Shown in pieces: positions 25,366 to 40,276 of a stretch of 64,000 bases of DNA. Origin of the DNA: Haliotis cracherodii (lineage: Eukaryota); NCBI RefSeq assembly GCF_022045235.1, contig NW_027266286.1, positions 28,830,001 through 28,894,000 of the forward strand, in the 5' to 3' direction. Under the pieces are notes generated by a model that was not told the origin of the DNA, did not search any database, and saw only the letters and a program-made list of their open reading frames with translations. Within the stretch, counting starts at the first letter, position 1, and every line of letters starts with the position of its first letter. Position numbers and translations under genes: made by a program.

Positions 25366-26063
25366 ACACAGTCTGTGTTAGGCCCAGACACAGTGCCGGT
25401 GTCTATGTCAGGCCCAGACACAGTGCCGGTGTCTCTGTCAGGCCAAGACACAATGCAGGTATCTATGTCAGACCAAGACACAGTGCCGGTGTCTATGTCA
25501 GGCCAAGACACAGTGCCGTTGTTTATGTCAGGCCCAGACACAATGCCGGTGTCTATGTCAGGCCAAGACACAGTGCCGGTGTCTATACCAGGCCCGGACA
25601 CAGTGCCGGTGTCTATGTCAGGCCAAGACACAGTGCCGGTGTCTATGTCAGGCCCAGACACAGTGCCGGTGTCTATGTCAGGCCAAGACACAATGCATGT
25701 ATCTATGTCAGGCCAAGACACAGTGCCGGTGTCTATGTCAGGCCAAGACACAATGCCCGTGTTTATGTCAGGCCCAGACACAATGCAGGTGTCTATGTCA
25801 GGCCAAGACACAGTGCCGGTGTCTATACCAGGCCCAGACACAGTGCAGGTGTCTCTGTCAGGTCCAGACACAGTGCAGGTGTCTATGTCAGGCAAAGACA
25901 CAGTGCCGGTGTTTATGTCAGGCCCAGACACAGTACCGGTGTCTATGTCAGGCCCAGACACAGTGCAGGTGTCTATGTCAGGTCCAGACACAGTGCCGGT
26001 GTCTATGTCAGGCCCAGACACAGAGCAGGTGTCTATGTCAGGCCAAGGTATTGTGCAGGCGTC
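25366..26063. repeat. 30-bp minisatellite, unit 4 (~23 repeats)
   Basis: Same consensus. Confidence 0.95.
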
Positions 26064-26067
26064 ACTG

Positions 26068-28397
26068 CTAAATGGGCGTGCCTTTTCGTGTAGCCATATC
26101 CTGTGTATATTAAATTGGCGTGCCGTATCATATAGTTACATCCTGTGTATATTAAATGGTCGTGATTTATAATGTAGCTACATCAAATGGTTATTTAATG
26201 GTCGTGTTGTATCATGTAGCTACACACTGTGTATATTAGATGGGCGTGCCTTATCGTATAGTTACATCCTGTGTATATTAAATGGGTGTGCCTTATCGTG
26301 TAGCTACATCATGTGTATATTAAATGGGCGTGCCTTATCGTGTAGCTACATCCTGTGTATATTAAATGGGCGTGCCTTATCCTATAGCTACATCCTGTGT
26401 ATATTAAATGGGCGTGCCTTATCCTATAGCTACATCCTGTGTATATTAAATGGTCGTGCCTTATCGTGTAGCTACACACTGTGTATATTAATGGTCATGC
26501 CTTTTCATGTAGCTGTAGAAGGTGTTTATGAAATGTTACCTTGCAGCTGCATCCTGTGCCTTTTAAATGGGCGTACCACATCATGTAGTTACATCCTGTG
26601 TATATTAAATGGGCGCGCCACATCATGCACTTACACACTGTGTATATTAAATGGTCGTGACTTATAGTGTTGCTACACACTGTGTATATTAAATGGTCGT
26701 GTTTTATCATGTAGCTACACACTGTGTATATTAAGCGGTCGTGCATTATAATTTAGCTACATCAAATGGTTATTTAATGGTCATGTTTTATCATGTAGCT
26801 ACACACTGTGTTTATTAAGTGGTCGTGCTTTATAATGAAGCTACATCAAATGGTTATTTAATATTTTATCATGTAGCTACACACTGTGTATATGACTTGG
26901 TTGTGCTTTATAATGTAGCGACAAACTGTGTATATTAAATGGTCGTGCTTTATAATGTAGCTACATCAAATGGTTATTTAATGGTCATGTTTTATCATGT
27001 AGCTACACACTGTGTTTATTAAGTGGTCGTGCTTTATAATGTAGCTACATCAAATGGTTATTTAATATTTTATCATGTAGCTACACACAGTGTATATGAC
27101 TTGGTCGTGCTTTATAATGTAGCTACACACTGTGTATATTAAATGGTGGTGCTTTATAATGTAGCTACATCAAATGGTTATTTAATGGTCGTGCCTTATT
27201 ATGTAGCTACATCCTGTGTATATTAAATGGTCGTGACTTATCGTGTAGCTGCACTCTGTCTATATCAATGGTCGTGCCTTATTATGTAGCTACATCCTGT
27301 GTATATTAAATGGTCGTGACTTATCGTGTAGCTGCACTCTGTCTATATCAATGGTCGTGCCTTAACATGTAGCTACATCCTGTGTATATTAAATGGTCGT
27401 GCCTTATCGTGTAGCTATATCAAATGATGTCATTTAATGGTCGTGCCTTACCATGTAGCTACACCCTGTGTATATTTAATGGGCGTGTTTTATCATGTAG
27501 CTACATCCTGTGTATGTTAAATGGGCGTGCCATATCATGTAGCTACATCCTGTGTATATTAAATGGTCGTGCTTTATAATGTAGCTGCATCAAATGGTTA
27601 TTTAATATTTTATCATGTAGCTACACACTGTGTATATGACTTGGTCGTGCTTTATAATGTAGCTACACACTGTGTATATTAAATGGTGGTGCTTTATAAT
27701 GTAGCTACATCAAATGGTTATTTAATATTTTATCATGTAGCTACACACTGTGTATATGACTTGGTCGTGCTTTATAATGTAGCTACACACTGTGTATATT
27801 AAATGGTCGTGCTTTATAATGTAGCTACATCAAATGGTTATTTAATATTTTATCATGTAGCTACACACTGTGTATATGACTTGGTCGTGCTTTATAATGT
27901 AGCTACACACTGTGTATATTAAATGGTCGTGCTTTATAATGTAGCGACATCAAATGGTTATTTAATGGTCGTGCCTTATTATGTAGCTACATCCTGTGTA
28001 TATTAAATGGTCGTGCCTTATCGTGTAGCTACACTCTGTCTATATCAATGGTCGTGCCTTATCATGTAGCTGCATCCTGTGTATATTAAATGGTCGTGCC
28101 TTATCATGTAGCTTCACTCTGTCGATATTAATGGTCGTGCCTTATCATGTAGCTACATCCTGTGTATATTAAATGGTCGTGCCTTATCATGTAGCTACAT
28201 CAAATGGTCATTTAATGGTCGTGCCTTATCATGTAGCTACACCCTGTGTATATTAATGGTCGTGCCTTATCATGTAGCTGTAGCTGGTGTTTATCAAATG
28301 TTATCTTGTAGCTACATCCGATGCATGTTATTTGGGCGTGTCTCCTCATGTACCTACATCTCATGTATATTTAGTGGACGTCCGTCTTCATGTAGCA
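26068..28397. repeat. 41/42-bp minisatellite, unit 4 (longest; contains a 120-bp higher-order repeat)
   Basis: Same consensus; near-identical 120-bp blocks start at 27601, 27721 and 27841. Confidence 0.95.
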
Positions 28398-29375
28398 TGT
28401 ACCTGTCATGTGGGTGCAAATGGTAATGAAGGGTCTGTTAAAAAGAGTTATACAAAAACTTTACAATAATAAAAAGAGAAAAAAAATTAATTCATGGATT
28501 TAAAAAAAATCAATTGAGTTTAAATGCTTATAAATATAAAACTGAAAAATATGAAAATATAGATAAAAAGAGGAATACAAAAGCTTCAAAACATAAATAT
28601 ACTGAAACAAGGGGGAAAAACTAATGCGTGGATAAAAAAATCCAATTGAGTTGAAATGCTTATAAAATATAACTAAAATATCTGAAATTATTCATAAAAA
28701 ACCATCTTATTTATGAATAAAAAGACCAACAATATAGAATATAGTGAAATATACCCTGAACGTATAGTAAGCATTGGGTCACCTAAACTTGCTTGTAATC
28801 GGTTGTACACCCTATATGCATAGCTTAGAGTGATTTGTCTATCCTAGTTGTGGGAGAGATGTAATCCCAACAAAGTTAGTTGTAAGAGAGTTGTGAACCC
28901 TATTTTGTATTAACCTGTTGTGAGAGACATGTTCACCTCGGTTGTGAGAGAGTTGTCTTCCTTAGCTGTGAGAGCGTTGTGCACCGTGGATGATTATACT
29001 GTGAAGTAGTTATACTTCTATAATAGTTGTTAGAGGGAAAGGGAAACTTGGTCTAACTTTAGGGGTATTCGGCCACAATCTTTCATAAGTTTCCAATTGT
29101 CAATACAAAATTCAATATGTAATAAAAATGCTAATGGGCAGACAGTGTTATTGTCTTAATTCTGTGATATAATTGATAACACTGCAAGATTCGTTGTCTG
29201 CAGTACCAGGGCCCACTTGCACAAAGCGATCTTAGAACTAGGGCTCAGACCCTGAGTTACGAGCACGTGACTATGAAGCAGGTGACATTATTGTACACAT
29301 CCGATGAGGGAGTTACACGTGTTTGTTTGTTGTTTGACGCCGCACTCAGCAATATTTCAGCTGTATTCCAGCTAT

Positions 29376-29982
29376 AGGTCTCTGGGGTACCTGTCTGGAG
29401 GAGGGTGCAGGTCATGGCTACACGTTGACGTTGCTGGCTACAAGGTGGTTCTGTACGATTCGGGCTGTATGGAGCTGGCGTTGTCGTGCTGATAAAGAAC
29501 ACCGCGTGGTAGCTGTTTTAGGAATGTTTGGTCAATCGGACGCGGAATGTCATCCATGTAACGCTGAGCTGTTAACGATGACCAGTGGTGTTCTTCCTGC
29601 CAGCAAATTCCTCCCCACATTGCATCCCCTTCACCATACTCCACCCTCTGACGACGATGTTGCTCGGTCAATAACTGTCCACTATAAGGACTGTAAGCCC
29701 TATATCCTTGAGATCCGAGTCGCCTGGTCACTGTCTGTTGACTTACCATACGCCAAAAGGCATTCGTCGCTGATGACGTCACTGTCAAGAATCGATTCCA
29801 GAGATGCAAAGTTCGCAAACACCGGTCTTCATTGGGCGTAGTTACTCTGGGTCTGCGTGTTGCCTGTCTGGTGTCTGCCCAGTCCATCTGTAACGTTGCA
29901 TCAGGGTAGTTACAGCATCACGGGAGCAACCCCAAAAGTTCTAGCAACGTGGGCCTGGGTGGCTCCCATCTGTACCATACTC
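29376..29982 (-). mobile_element. Tc1 transposase remnant (unit 4)
   Basis: Same motifs (ORF 29438..29887). Confidence 0.9.
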
Positions 29983-32205
29983 AGGGGACCCGTGAAGATC
30001 CGGGGTAGAATAGGACTTCAGCAACCGATGCTTGTCGTAAAAGGTGACTATGCTTGTCGTAAGAGGCGACTAACGGGATCGGGTGGTCAGACTCGCTGAC
30101 TTGGTTGATGCATGACATTGTATCTAAATTGCGTGGATCAATGCTCATGATATCAAACATTGGATTGTCTGGTCCAGACTCGATTATTTACATACCGCCG
30201 TCGTATAGCTGGAATATTGCCGAGTGTGGCGTTAAACAACAAACAACAACAACCCAGGGCCTGCTCGCGTTGTCGGGTCTGTTTACTTGATCGAATGAGT
30301 GAGTGAGTTGGGTTTAACGCCGCTTTTAACAGTATTTAAGTTATATCGCGGCGTCTTGATCGCATGAATTGAATGGAAAGTAATAGTCAATACTTGTGAG
30401 TGAGTGAGTTGCAACGGCAATGTATCAGCCATATGGGGATGAGAACAAATTATGTATTCATTGAAACACTGCGCAGTAAGGAAACAAGCTAAATATCACA
30501 GATTTGATATAAAACAAACCAGATTGATAAAAGTTAAAAATCCTATAGATAAATAAATGAAACAGTTATTTTCGACACATATTCACAATTTATGATACAG
30601 ACCAATACATGGTCATTTTTTCCCAGAATCATCAGTGTCAATGATCGGGGTTTATGTTATTCCTTTTCGTCCGACTGAACTTCATGCAAATATAACAAAG
30701 GATACCAACTTTCTTATTTACAAGCTCCATACATCCCTTACATCGTTCTCTTGTTCCTAATATACCGAGAGGAAACGAAGGTGGCACGCGCTGAACTGGA
30801 GCTTGCTTGTTTTAATGTCGAACGAAGGGAGATAACTCTAATGGAACACGTTTTTCAAACATTTTGTTAAACACAAACAAAAGATGCCAGGGGGTCATTG
30901 ATACTATCAATCAAAGGAACGTTGATTATGAACACCCGACAGCCATCAACTAAATTAGTTTCAACATTGAAAACACCTTATTGTCGATTTTCATGTTACA
31001 ATGACGTCATAGTATCCTGACGTCACAGGTCAAAGTTCATCACTTCGTAGTATTGTTTTGCGAGACAGCTGGCACAAAGGCAGCTATCGTGTTTTAAGAA
31101 GTTTAATCAGTATATTACACCCCGTACAGATCGGACACCTTCCAGGTAAGTACCAGAGTATACTACTTTCTGTTCTAGACTTCCTGCGGTTGTATTTAAT
31201 AGCTCCATATTGTTTCCCCAAAACACGGCTGATACTATGTGAGGTTGCGGTAAGAAAATGTTTGATGTGTATTAGGATCAACGGTTTTATCAATTTCTGA
31301 GGCCACATCAGCTGAGAACCGATTAATCTGTTCTATCTTTAACATTTTGTCCTCGTGTTCCAACTGATTAAATGGTTAATTTGCTTTAAACAGATCTTTT
31401 AAAACGCTATATAAGCGCGATAGTTGGTTTTAACCCCACTTTTAAAAGGAGTCCAGTTATTTCACTGCGTGTCAGCTTACTGTGGGAGGAAAGGCCGGAG
31501 TGATACAGGTCTCAGACGTTTACCACTTTGGGGAAACACACGAGCACGGCCATTGATGCCGAAAAACCCAGAAACATAATCGGGGCGAACCGGGATTCGA
31601 ACCCAAGATCATATACTATACTACAATACCATAACACAGACTTACACATGCGCGGGTCCGGATATCTATTTGTAAGGCTTCTTCCGATGGTGGCAGAAAT
31701 AAATTTCAAACAAAGATGGTAGAATGTCAGTGATAAGTGCTAACATTAATGTACATATATTTTATGACACTACATCTATTTTTCTAGCAAAGCAGGTTCA
31801 TTCTTAATTATAATTACCTGTTAATCAGAAAATACGAAGAAATATACTCTCTTTAACATATTAATATGCTGATGTATAGTTTTCGCACTTGATATGCATT
31901 GAACGTATGCATACTACATGGAACTTGATTTTGTGTAATCTTTTTTTTCGATTTTGCAACATGTAATTATACTAATTAACTTTTTGCGATTCTGATTTTC
32001 TTGGGCCAAGACTACACTTTTTACTCACTGACGTAAACATTGTTATGCAGATGACTTTTTATAAATCTATGGCCTAACTTAAATTTATTAAAATATATCT
32101 TACGTAATACAGATTTAATTGCTTGATCAAACCGAGCCGAAAACTGATGTTTTTTTAATTTCAAATACTATTTGTGAAAACAGTGTGACATCCAGGGATC
32201 CCACA

Positions 32206-33954
32206 ATGTCCTCTGTCGAACTTTCTGAAAGACAGAAGGGCGAAGATGCAGTAATTAATTCCGAGGACTACAGTTACATCATGTCAACATCGGCATCTGA
32301 CTTAAGTTCCTCTCCATCGTCATCCAAGACTAGTCCTCGGAGACCCGAAGCTTCCGCCAAAAAGCCAGCAGGGGTAGATAACTCCATCAAACCTGGAGAC
32401 TACAAATATATCATGGAGACATCGGCGTCAGACGTGTCGTCATCTCCATCATGCAAGATTCTTCGTGAATCTGTTGGAGCATCTGCTTCACCCTCTAGGA
32501 GCTCTCACAGCAGTCCTCGTGAATCTGACAGTGGATCTGACAAACCTGATGACAGATGCTACACTTCACCAACGTCATCTCCATTGCCACACCCAAGGTC
32601 TCTTACAGGGTCCAGCCAATCTGTCTTGTCGTCTGAAATTCTAAGCAGCGTCTCCTCTGACTCGGAGAAAGTATTCGACCCCTTCGCGAAGGACCACCTT
32701 CAGCCCAGACTTTCCCCCAGGGAGCCATCTGTCGACGTTCATTTCCCAGTCGCTGAAACAGTGTCCGAGGTATCCCTGGCAAACAGGAGCGATGAATCGT
32801 GGTTTACCGACTCCAGGGAGTCGAACAGTTTCCACCAGGACGCACTACACATACGTAAGCTGATGCTGGACCAGGCGTGGGTCTCTGACAGACAGCAGCC
32901 GATGTCGGACTGGGTGTCCTCTGTTATCGTGTGGGATGATGACGGTAAGATATGCCATCAGTAGTTGGAACATCATCAGAGTAGTATCAAAAGAGAATGA
33001 GTGAGTGAGTGAGTGAGTGAGTGTTGTTTTTAACAATATTCCTGCTACTTCACATCGTACCAACATAACATGATGAGCTGAAACATATATGAATTATGAC
33101 AGGTGTATTTACATAAAATTTACATATATATATATATAAGATTCTTGTTTCTGTCTCAAAAGTTGCAAGCAACTTGGGTGTGGACTCTCTCCTGACCAGA
33201 CTGAAGAACAGATTTCAGGTGAGTCCAGTGATATCCGTGCTCTTATCACTCAGCGACTCTCATTGCTTCAAGACATACAATACATCTTACTTAAGGAAAA
33301 ACCAAACAATTCTAGGGATCCATTATAGTGAACGCTCAAGTGAAGAATTTCATTTTTGAGGGGTATAACTTGAAACTTAATTATTTTTATGCCTTTTTCC
33401 AAGACTGGGGAAACGTTTTTAGAATACTCCCAGAAGAACCAATGGTCGGCCCCAACTAAGTGATATTTTCCTTGTTGTTTTCGTCATGATGATATCCGCT
33501 GAAATATCAACCTACTTTTCTTACCAGAGCACGTGGTGGCGCCTGACACGGGGGAGGGAGACTCGGGTCCAGATCCCCAAGAAATACAGCTCAGCATCCG
33601 GAGGCGGCACCAGCGGTGAGTACAGGAGCATTTGTCGTGGTTTCACAAAGCAAAGAACGCCCTACTATTCTCTTTTACCGGAGAAATTAAAATAATGGAG
33701 ACCTGTCACCTCAGTAACATGTTCTTGCTGCAGCTTGTTGTAGATCTCTTCAACTTGGTCTGGATGGTAAAATTGACATAACAGAAGCGAAACACTGTTA
33801 CTGTCTTTGGTTGTCCGAGGTCCTTTGTCTGAAGTATTGTTTCCTGTCTGCAGGTGGAGACGAGGACAAGACACAACGCAGAGAGAAGCTGCAGAAGCGA
33901 GTGCAGAGGTTCATGTCCCGGTTCTTCATTTGTGGAGGACCATCACAGGCCTAG
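32206..33954 (+). CDS. Array gene copy 5, 327 aa
   Basis: Exons 32206-32944, 33163-33218, 33528-33615, 33854-33954; open frame, nearly identical to copy 3. Confidence 0.75.
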
Positions 33955-34802
33955 ACACAGTCTGTGTTAGGCCCAGACACAGTGCCGGTGTCTATGTCAG
34001 GCCCAGACACAGTGCCGGTGTCTCTGTCAGGCCAAGACACAATGCAGGTGTCTCTGTCAGGCCCAGACACAATGCAGGTGTCTCTGTCAGGCCAAGACAC
34101 AGTGCCGGTGTCTATGTCAGGCCCAGACACAGAGCAGGTGTCTATGTCAGGCCCAGACACAGTGCAGGTGTCTCTGTCAGGCCAAGACACAATGCCGGTG
34201 TCTATGTCAGGCCCAGACACAATGCAGGTGTCTCTGTCAGGCCAAGACACAGTGCCGGTGTCTATGTCAGGCCCAGACACAGTGCCGGTGTTTATGTCAG
34301 GCCCAGACACAATGCAGGTGACTATGTCAGGCCAAATCACAGTGCCGGTGTTTATGTCAGGCCCAGACATAATGCAGGTGTCTATGTCAGGCCAAGACAC
34401 AGTGCCGGTGTCTCTGTCAGGCCAAGACACAGTGCAGGTGTCTCTGTCAGGTCCAGACACAGTGCAGGTGTCTATGTCAAGCCCAGATACAGTGCCGGTG
34501 TCTATGTCAGGCCCAGTCACAATGCCGGTGTCTATGTCAAGCCCAGATACAGTACCGGTGTCTATTTCAGGCCCAGACACAGTGCAGGTGTCTATGTCAG
34601 GTCCAGACACAGTGCAGGTGTCTATTTCAGGCCCAGACACAGTGCAGGTGTCTATGTCAGGTCCAGACACAGTGCAGGTGTCTATGTCAGGCCCAGACAC
34701 AGTGCAGGTGTCTATGTCAGGCCCAGACACAATGCAGGTATCTATGTCAGGCCCAGACACAGAGCAGGTGTCTATGTCAGGCCAAGGTATTGTGCAGGCG
34801 TC
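33955..34802. repeat. 30-bp minisatellite, unit 5 (~28 repeats)
   Basis: Same consensus. Confidence 0.95.
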
Positions 34803-34806
34803 ACTG

Positions 34807-36320
34807 CTAAATGGGCGTGCCTTATCGTGTAGCCATATCCTGTGTATATTAAATTGGCTTGCCTTATCATATAGTTACATCCTGTGTATATTAAATGGTC
34901 GTGTTTTATAATGTAGCTACATCAAATGGTTATTTAATGGTCGTGTTGTATCATGTAGCTACACACTGTGTATATTAGATGGGCGTGCCTTATCCTATAG
35001 CTACATCCTGTGTATATTAAATGGGCGTGCCTTATCGTGTAGCTACATCATGTGTATATTAAATGGGCGTGCCTTATTCTGTAGCTACATCCTGTGTATA
35101 TTAAATGGGCGTGCCTTATCCCATAGCTACATCCTGTGTATATTAAATGGGCGTGCCTTATCCTATAGCTACATCCTGTGTATATTAAATGGACGTGCCT
35201 TATCGTGTAGTTACACACTGTGTATATTAATGGTCGTGCCTTTTCATGTAGCTGTAGAAGGTGTTTATGAAATGTTACCTTGCAGCTGCATCCTGTGCCT
35301 TTTAAATGGGCGTACCACATCATGTAGTTACATCCTTTGTATATTAAATGGGCGCGCCACATCATGTACTTACACACTGTGTATATTAAATGGTCGTGTT
35401 TTATCATGTAGCTACACACTGTGTATATTAAGCGGTCGTGCATTATAATTTAGCTACATCAAATGGTTATTTAATGGTCATGTTTTATCATGTAGCTACA
35501 CACTGTGTTTATTAAGTGGTCGTGCTTTATAATGAAGCTACATCAAATGGTTATTTAATATTTTATCATGTAGCTACACACTGTGTATATGACTTGGTCG
35601 TGCTTTATAATGTAGCGACACACTGTGTATATTAAATGGTCGTGCTTTATAATGTAGCTACATCAAATGGTTATTTAATGGTCATGTTTTATCATGTAGC
35701 TACACACTGTGTTTATTAAATGGTCGTGCTTTATAATGTAGCTACATCAAATGGTTATTTAATATTTTATCATGTAGCTACACACAGTGTATATGACTTG
35801 GTCGTGCTTTATAATGTAGCTACACACTGTGTATATTAAATGGTGGTGCTTTATAATGTAGCTACATCAAATGGTTATTTAATGGTCGTGCCTTATTATG
35901 TAGCTACATCCTGTGTATATTAAATGGTCGTGCCTTATCATGTAGCTTCACTCTGTCTATATTAATGGTCGTGCCTTAACATGTAGCTACATCCTGTGTA
36001 TATTAAATGGTCGTGCCTTATCGTGTAGCTATATCAAATGGTCATTTAATGGTCGTGCCTTACCATGTAGCTACACCCTGTGTATATTTAATGGGCGTGT
36101 TTTATCATGTAGCTACATCCTGTGTATGTTAAATGGGCGTGCCATATCATGTAGCTACATCCTGTGTATATTAATGGTCGTGCCTTTTCATGTAGCTGTA
36201 GCTGGTGTTTATCAAATGTTATCTTGTAGCTACATCCGATGCATGTTATTTGGGCGTGTCTCCTCATGTACCTACATCTCATGTATAGTTAATGGACGTC
36301 CGTCTTCATGTAGCCTGTGT
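34807..36320. repeat. 41/42-bp minisatellite, unit 5
   Basis: Same consensus. Confidence 0.95.
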
Positions 36321-37474
36321 ATCGTGAATAGGGTAATCTATTTACCTTGAGGTAGTGTGCCTGATCCTGTTAATATCATATTATCTGCTGTATTCTTAAT
36401 GTATTACACATACATTAATTTGTTTTCCAAATGTACCTGTCACGTGGTTGCAAATGGTAATGAAGGGTCTGTTAAAAAGAGTTATACAAAAACTTTACAA
36501 TAATAAAAAGAGAAAAAAAATTAATTCATGGGTTTAAAAAAAATCAATTGAGTTTAAATGCTTATAAATATAAAACTGAAAAATATGAAAATATAGATAA
36601 AAAGAGGAATACAAAAGCTTCAAAACATAAATATACTGAAATAAAGGGGGAAAATAATGCGTGGATAAAAAAAATCAAATTGAATTGAAATGCTTATGAA
36701 AATATAACTAAAATATCTGAAATTATTCATAAAAAACCCATCTTATTTATGAATAAAAAGACCAACAATATAGAATATATAGAAATATAACCTGAACGTA
36801 TAGTAAGCATAGGGTCACCTAAACTTACTTGTAATCGGTTGTACACCCTATATGCATAGCTTAGAGTGATTTGTCCACCTTAGTTGTGTGAGAGATGTAA
36901 TCCCAACAAAGTTAATTGTAAGAGAGTTATGAACCCTATTTTGTATAATTTGTTGTGAGAGACATGTTCAACTCGGTTGTGAGAGAGTTGTCTTCCTTAG
37001 CTGTGAGAGCGTTGTGCACCGTGAAAGATTGTACTGTGAAGTAGTTATACTTCTATAATAGTTATTAGAGGGAAAGGGAAACTTGGTCTAACTTTAGGGG
37101 TATTCGGCCACAATCTTTCTTAAGTTTCCGATTGTCAACACAAAATTCAATATGTAATAAAAATGCTAATGGGCAGACAGTGTTATTGTCTTAATTCTGT
37201 GATATAATTGATAACACTGCAAGATTCGTTGTCTGCAGTACCAGGGCCCACTTTCACAAAGCGATCTTAGAACTATAGAACTCCTATACTATAACATAGG
37301 CTTACAATAGTCGTAGCACTAAGATCACTTGGTGCAAGTGGGCTCAGACCCTGAGGTACGAGCACGTGACTATGAAGCAGGTGACATTATTGTACACATC
37401 CGATGAGGAAGTTACACGTGTTTGTTTGTTGTTTGACGCCGCACTCAGCAATATTTCAGCTGTATTCCAGCTAT

Positions 37475-38082
37475 AGGTCTCTGTGGTACCTGTCTGGAGG
37501 AGGGTGCAGGTCATGGCTACACGTTGACGTTGTTGGCTACAAGGAAGTTCTATACGATTCAGGCTGTATGGGGCTGGCGTTGTCGTGCTGATAAAGAACA
37601 CCGCGTGGTAGCTGTTTTAGGAATGTTTGGTCAATCGGACGCAGAATTTCATCCATGTAACGCTGAGCTGTTAACGATGACCAGTGGTGTTCTTTCCTGC
37701 CAGCAAATTCCTCCCCACATTGCATCCCCTCCACCATACTCCATCCTCTGACGACGATGTTGCTCGGTCAATAACTGTCCCCTGTAAGGACTGTAAGCCC
37801 TATATCCTTGAGATCCGAGTCACCTGGTCACTGTCTGTTGACTTACCATACGCCCAAAGGCATTCGTCGCTGATGATGTCACTGTCAAGAATCAATTCCA
37901 GAGATGCAAAGTTCGCAAACACCGGTCTTCATTGGGCGTAGTTACTCTGGGTCTGCGTGTTGCCTGTCTGGTGTCTGCCCAGTCCATCTGTAGCGTTGCA
38001 TCAGGGTAGTTACAGCATCACCTGAGCAACCCCAAAAGTTCTAGCAACGTGGGCCTGGGTGGCTCCCATCTGTACCATACTC
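37475..38082 (-). mobile_element. Tc1 transposase remnant (unit 5)
   Basis: Same motifs. Confidence 0.9.
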
Positions 38083-40276
38083 AGGGGACCCGTGAAGATC
38101 CGGGGTAGAATAGGACTTCAGCAGTCCGTGTTTGCCGTTTAAGGCGATTATGCTTGTCGTAAGAGGCGACTAACGGGATCGGGTGGTCAGACTCGCTGAC
38201 TTGGTTGATGCATGTCATTGTATCTAAATTGCGTGGATCAATGCTCATGATATCAAACATTGGATTGTCTGGTCCAGACTCGATTATTTACAGACCGCCG
38301 TCGTATAGCTGGAATATTGCCGAGTGTGGCGTTAAACAACAAACAACAACAACTCAGGGCCTGCTCGCGTTGTCGGGTCTGTTTACTTGATCGAATGAGT
38401 GAGTGAGTTGGGTTTAACGCTGCTTTTAACAGTATTCAAGTTATATCGCGGCGTCTTGATCGCATGAATTGAATGGAAAGTAATAGTTAATACTTGTGAG
38501 TGAGTGAGTTGCAACGGCAATGTATCAGCCATATGGGGATGAGAACAAATTATGTATTCATTGAAACACTGCGCAGTAAGGAAACAAGCTAAATATCACA
38601 GATTTGATATAAAACAAACCAGATTGATAAAAGTTAAAAATCCTATAGATAAATAGATGAAACAGTTATTTACGACACATGTTCACAATTTATGATACAG
38701 ACCAATTCATGGTCATTTTTTCCCAGAATCATCAGTGTCAATGATCGGGGTTTATGTTATTCCTTTTAGTCCGACTGAACTTCGTGCAAATATAACAAAG
38801 GATACCAACTTTCTTATTTACAAGCTCAATACATCCCAAACATCGTTCTCTTGTTCCTAATATACCGAGAGGAAACGAAGGTGGCACGCGCTAAACTGGA
38901 GCTTGCTTGTTTGAATGTCGAACGAAGGGAGATAACTCTAATGGAACACGTTTTTCAAACATTTTGTTAAACACAAACAGAAGCTGACAGGGGGTCATTG
39001 ATACTATCAATCAAAGGAACGTTGATTATGAACACCCGACAGCCATCAACTAAATTAGTTTCAACATTGAAAACACCTTATTGTCGATTTTCATGTTACA
39101 ATGACGTCATAGTATCCTGACGTCACAGGTCAAAGTTCATCACTTCGTAGTATTGTTTTGCGAGACAGCTGGCACAAAGGCAGCTATCGTGTTTTAAGAA
39201 GTTTAATCAGTATATTACACCCCGTACAGATCGGACACCTTCCAGGTAAGTACCAGAGTATACTACTTTCTGTTCTAGACTTCCTGCGGTTGTATTTAAT
39301 AGCTCCATATTGTTTCCCCAAAACACGGCTGATACTATGTGAGGTTGCGGTAAGAAAATGTTTGATGTGTATTAGGATCAACGGTTTTATCAATTTCTGA
39401 GGCCAAATCAGCTGAGAACCGATTAATCTGTTCTATCTTTAACATTTTGTCCTCGTGTTCCAACTGATTAAATGGTTAATTTGCTTTAAACAGATCTTTT
39501 AAAACGCTATATAAGCGCGATAGTTGGTTTTAACCCCACTTTAAAAAAGGATTCCAGTTATTTCACTGCGTGTCAGCTTACTGTGGGAGGAAAGTCCGAA
39601 GTGATGCAGGTCTCAGACGTTTACCACTTTGGGGAAACACACGAGCATGGGCATGATGCCGAAAAACCAAGAAACATAATCGGGACGATCATATACTATA
39701 CTCCAATACCATAACACAGACTTACACATGCGCGGGTCCAGATATCTATTTGTAAGGTTTCTTCCGAAGGTGGCAGTAATAAACTTCTAAGATGGTAGAA
39801 TGCCAGTGATAAGATAGTGTTTATTAAAGAAACTTATTTTTCATGACACTGTACCTATTTTTCTAGCAAAGCAGGTACATACGTAATTATAGGTACCTGT
39901 AAATCAGAAAATACGAAGACATATACACTCTGTAACAAATTAATATGCTGACGTATAGTTTTCGTACTTGATATGCATTGAACGTATGCATATACATGGT
40001 ACTTGATTTTGTGTAAAAGAAATGTCCGATTTTGCAACATGTAATTAACTTTTTTCGATTCTGATTTTCTTGGGCCAAGACTACACTTTTTACTCACTGA
40101 CGTAAACTTTGTTATGCAGATGGCTTTTTTAAAAATCTATGGCCTAACTAAAATTTATTAAAATATATCTTAAGTAATACAGATTAAATTGCTTGATCAA
40201 ACCGAGCCGAAAACTGATGGTTTTTTTAATTTCAAATACTATTTGTGAAAACAGTGTGACATCCAGGGATCCCACA

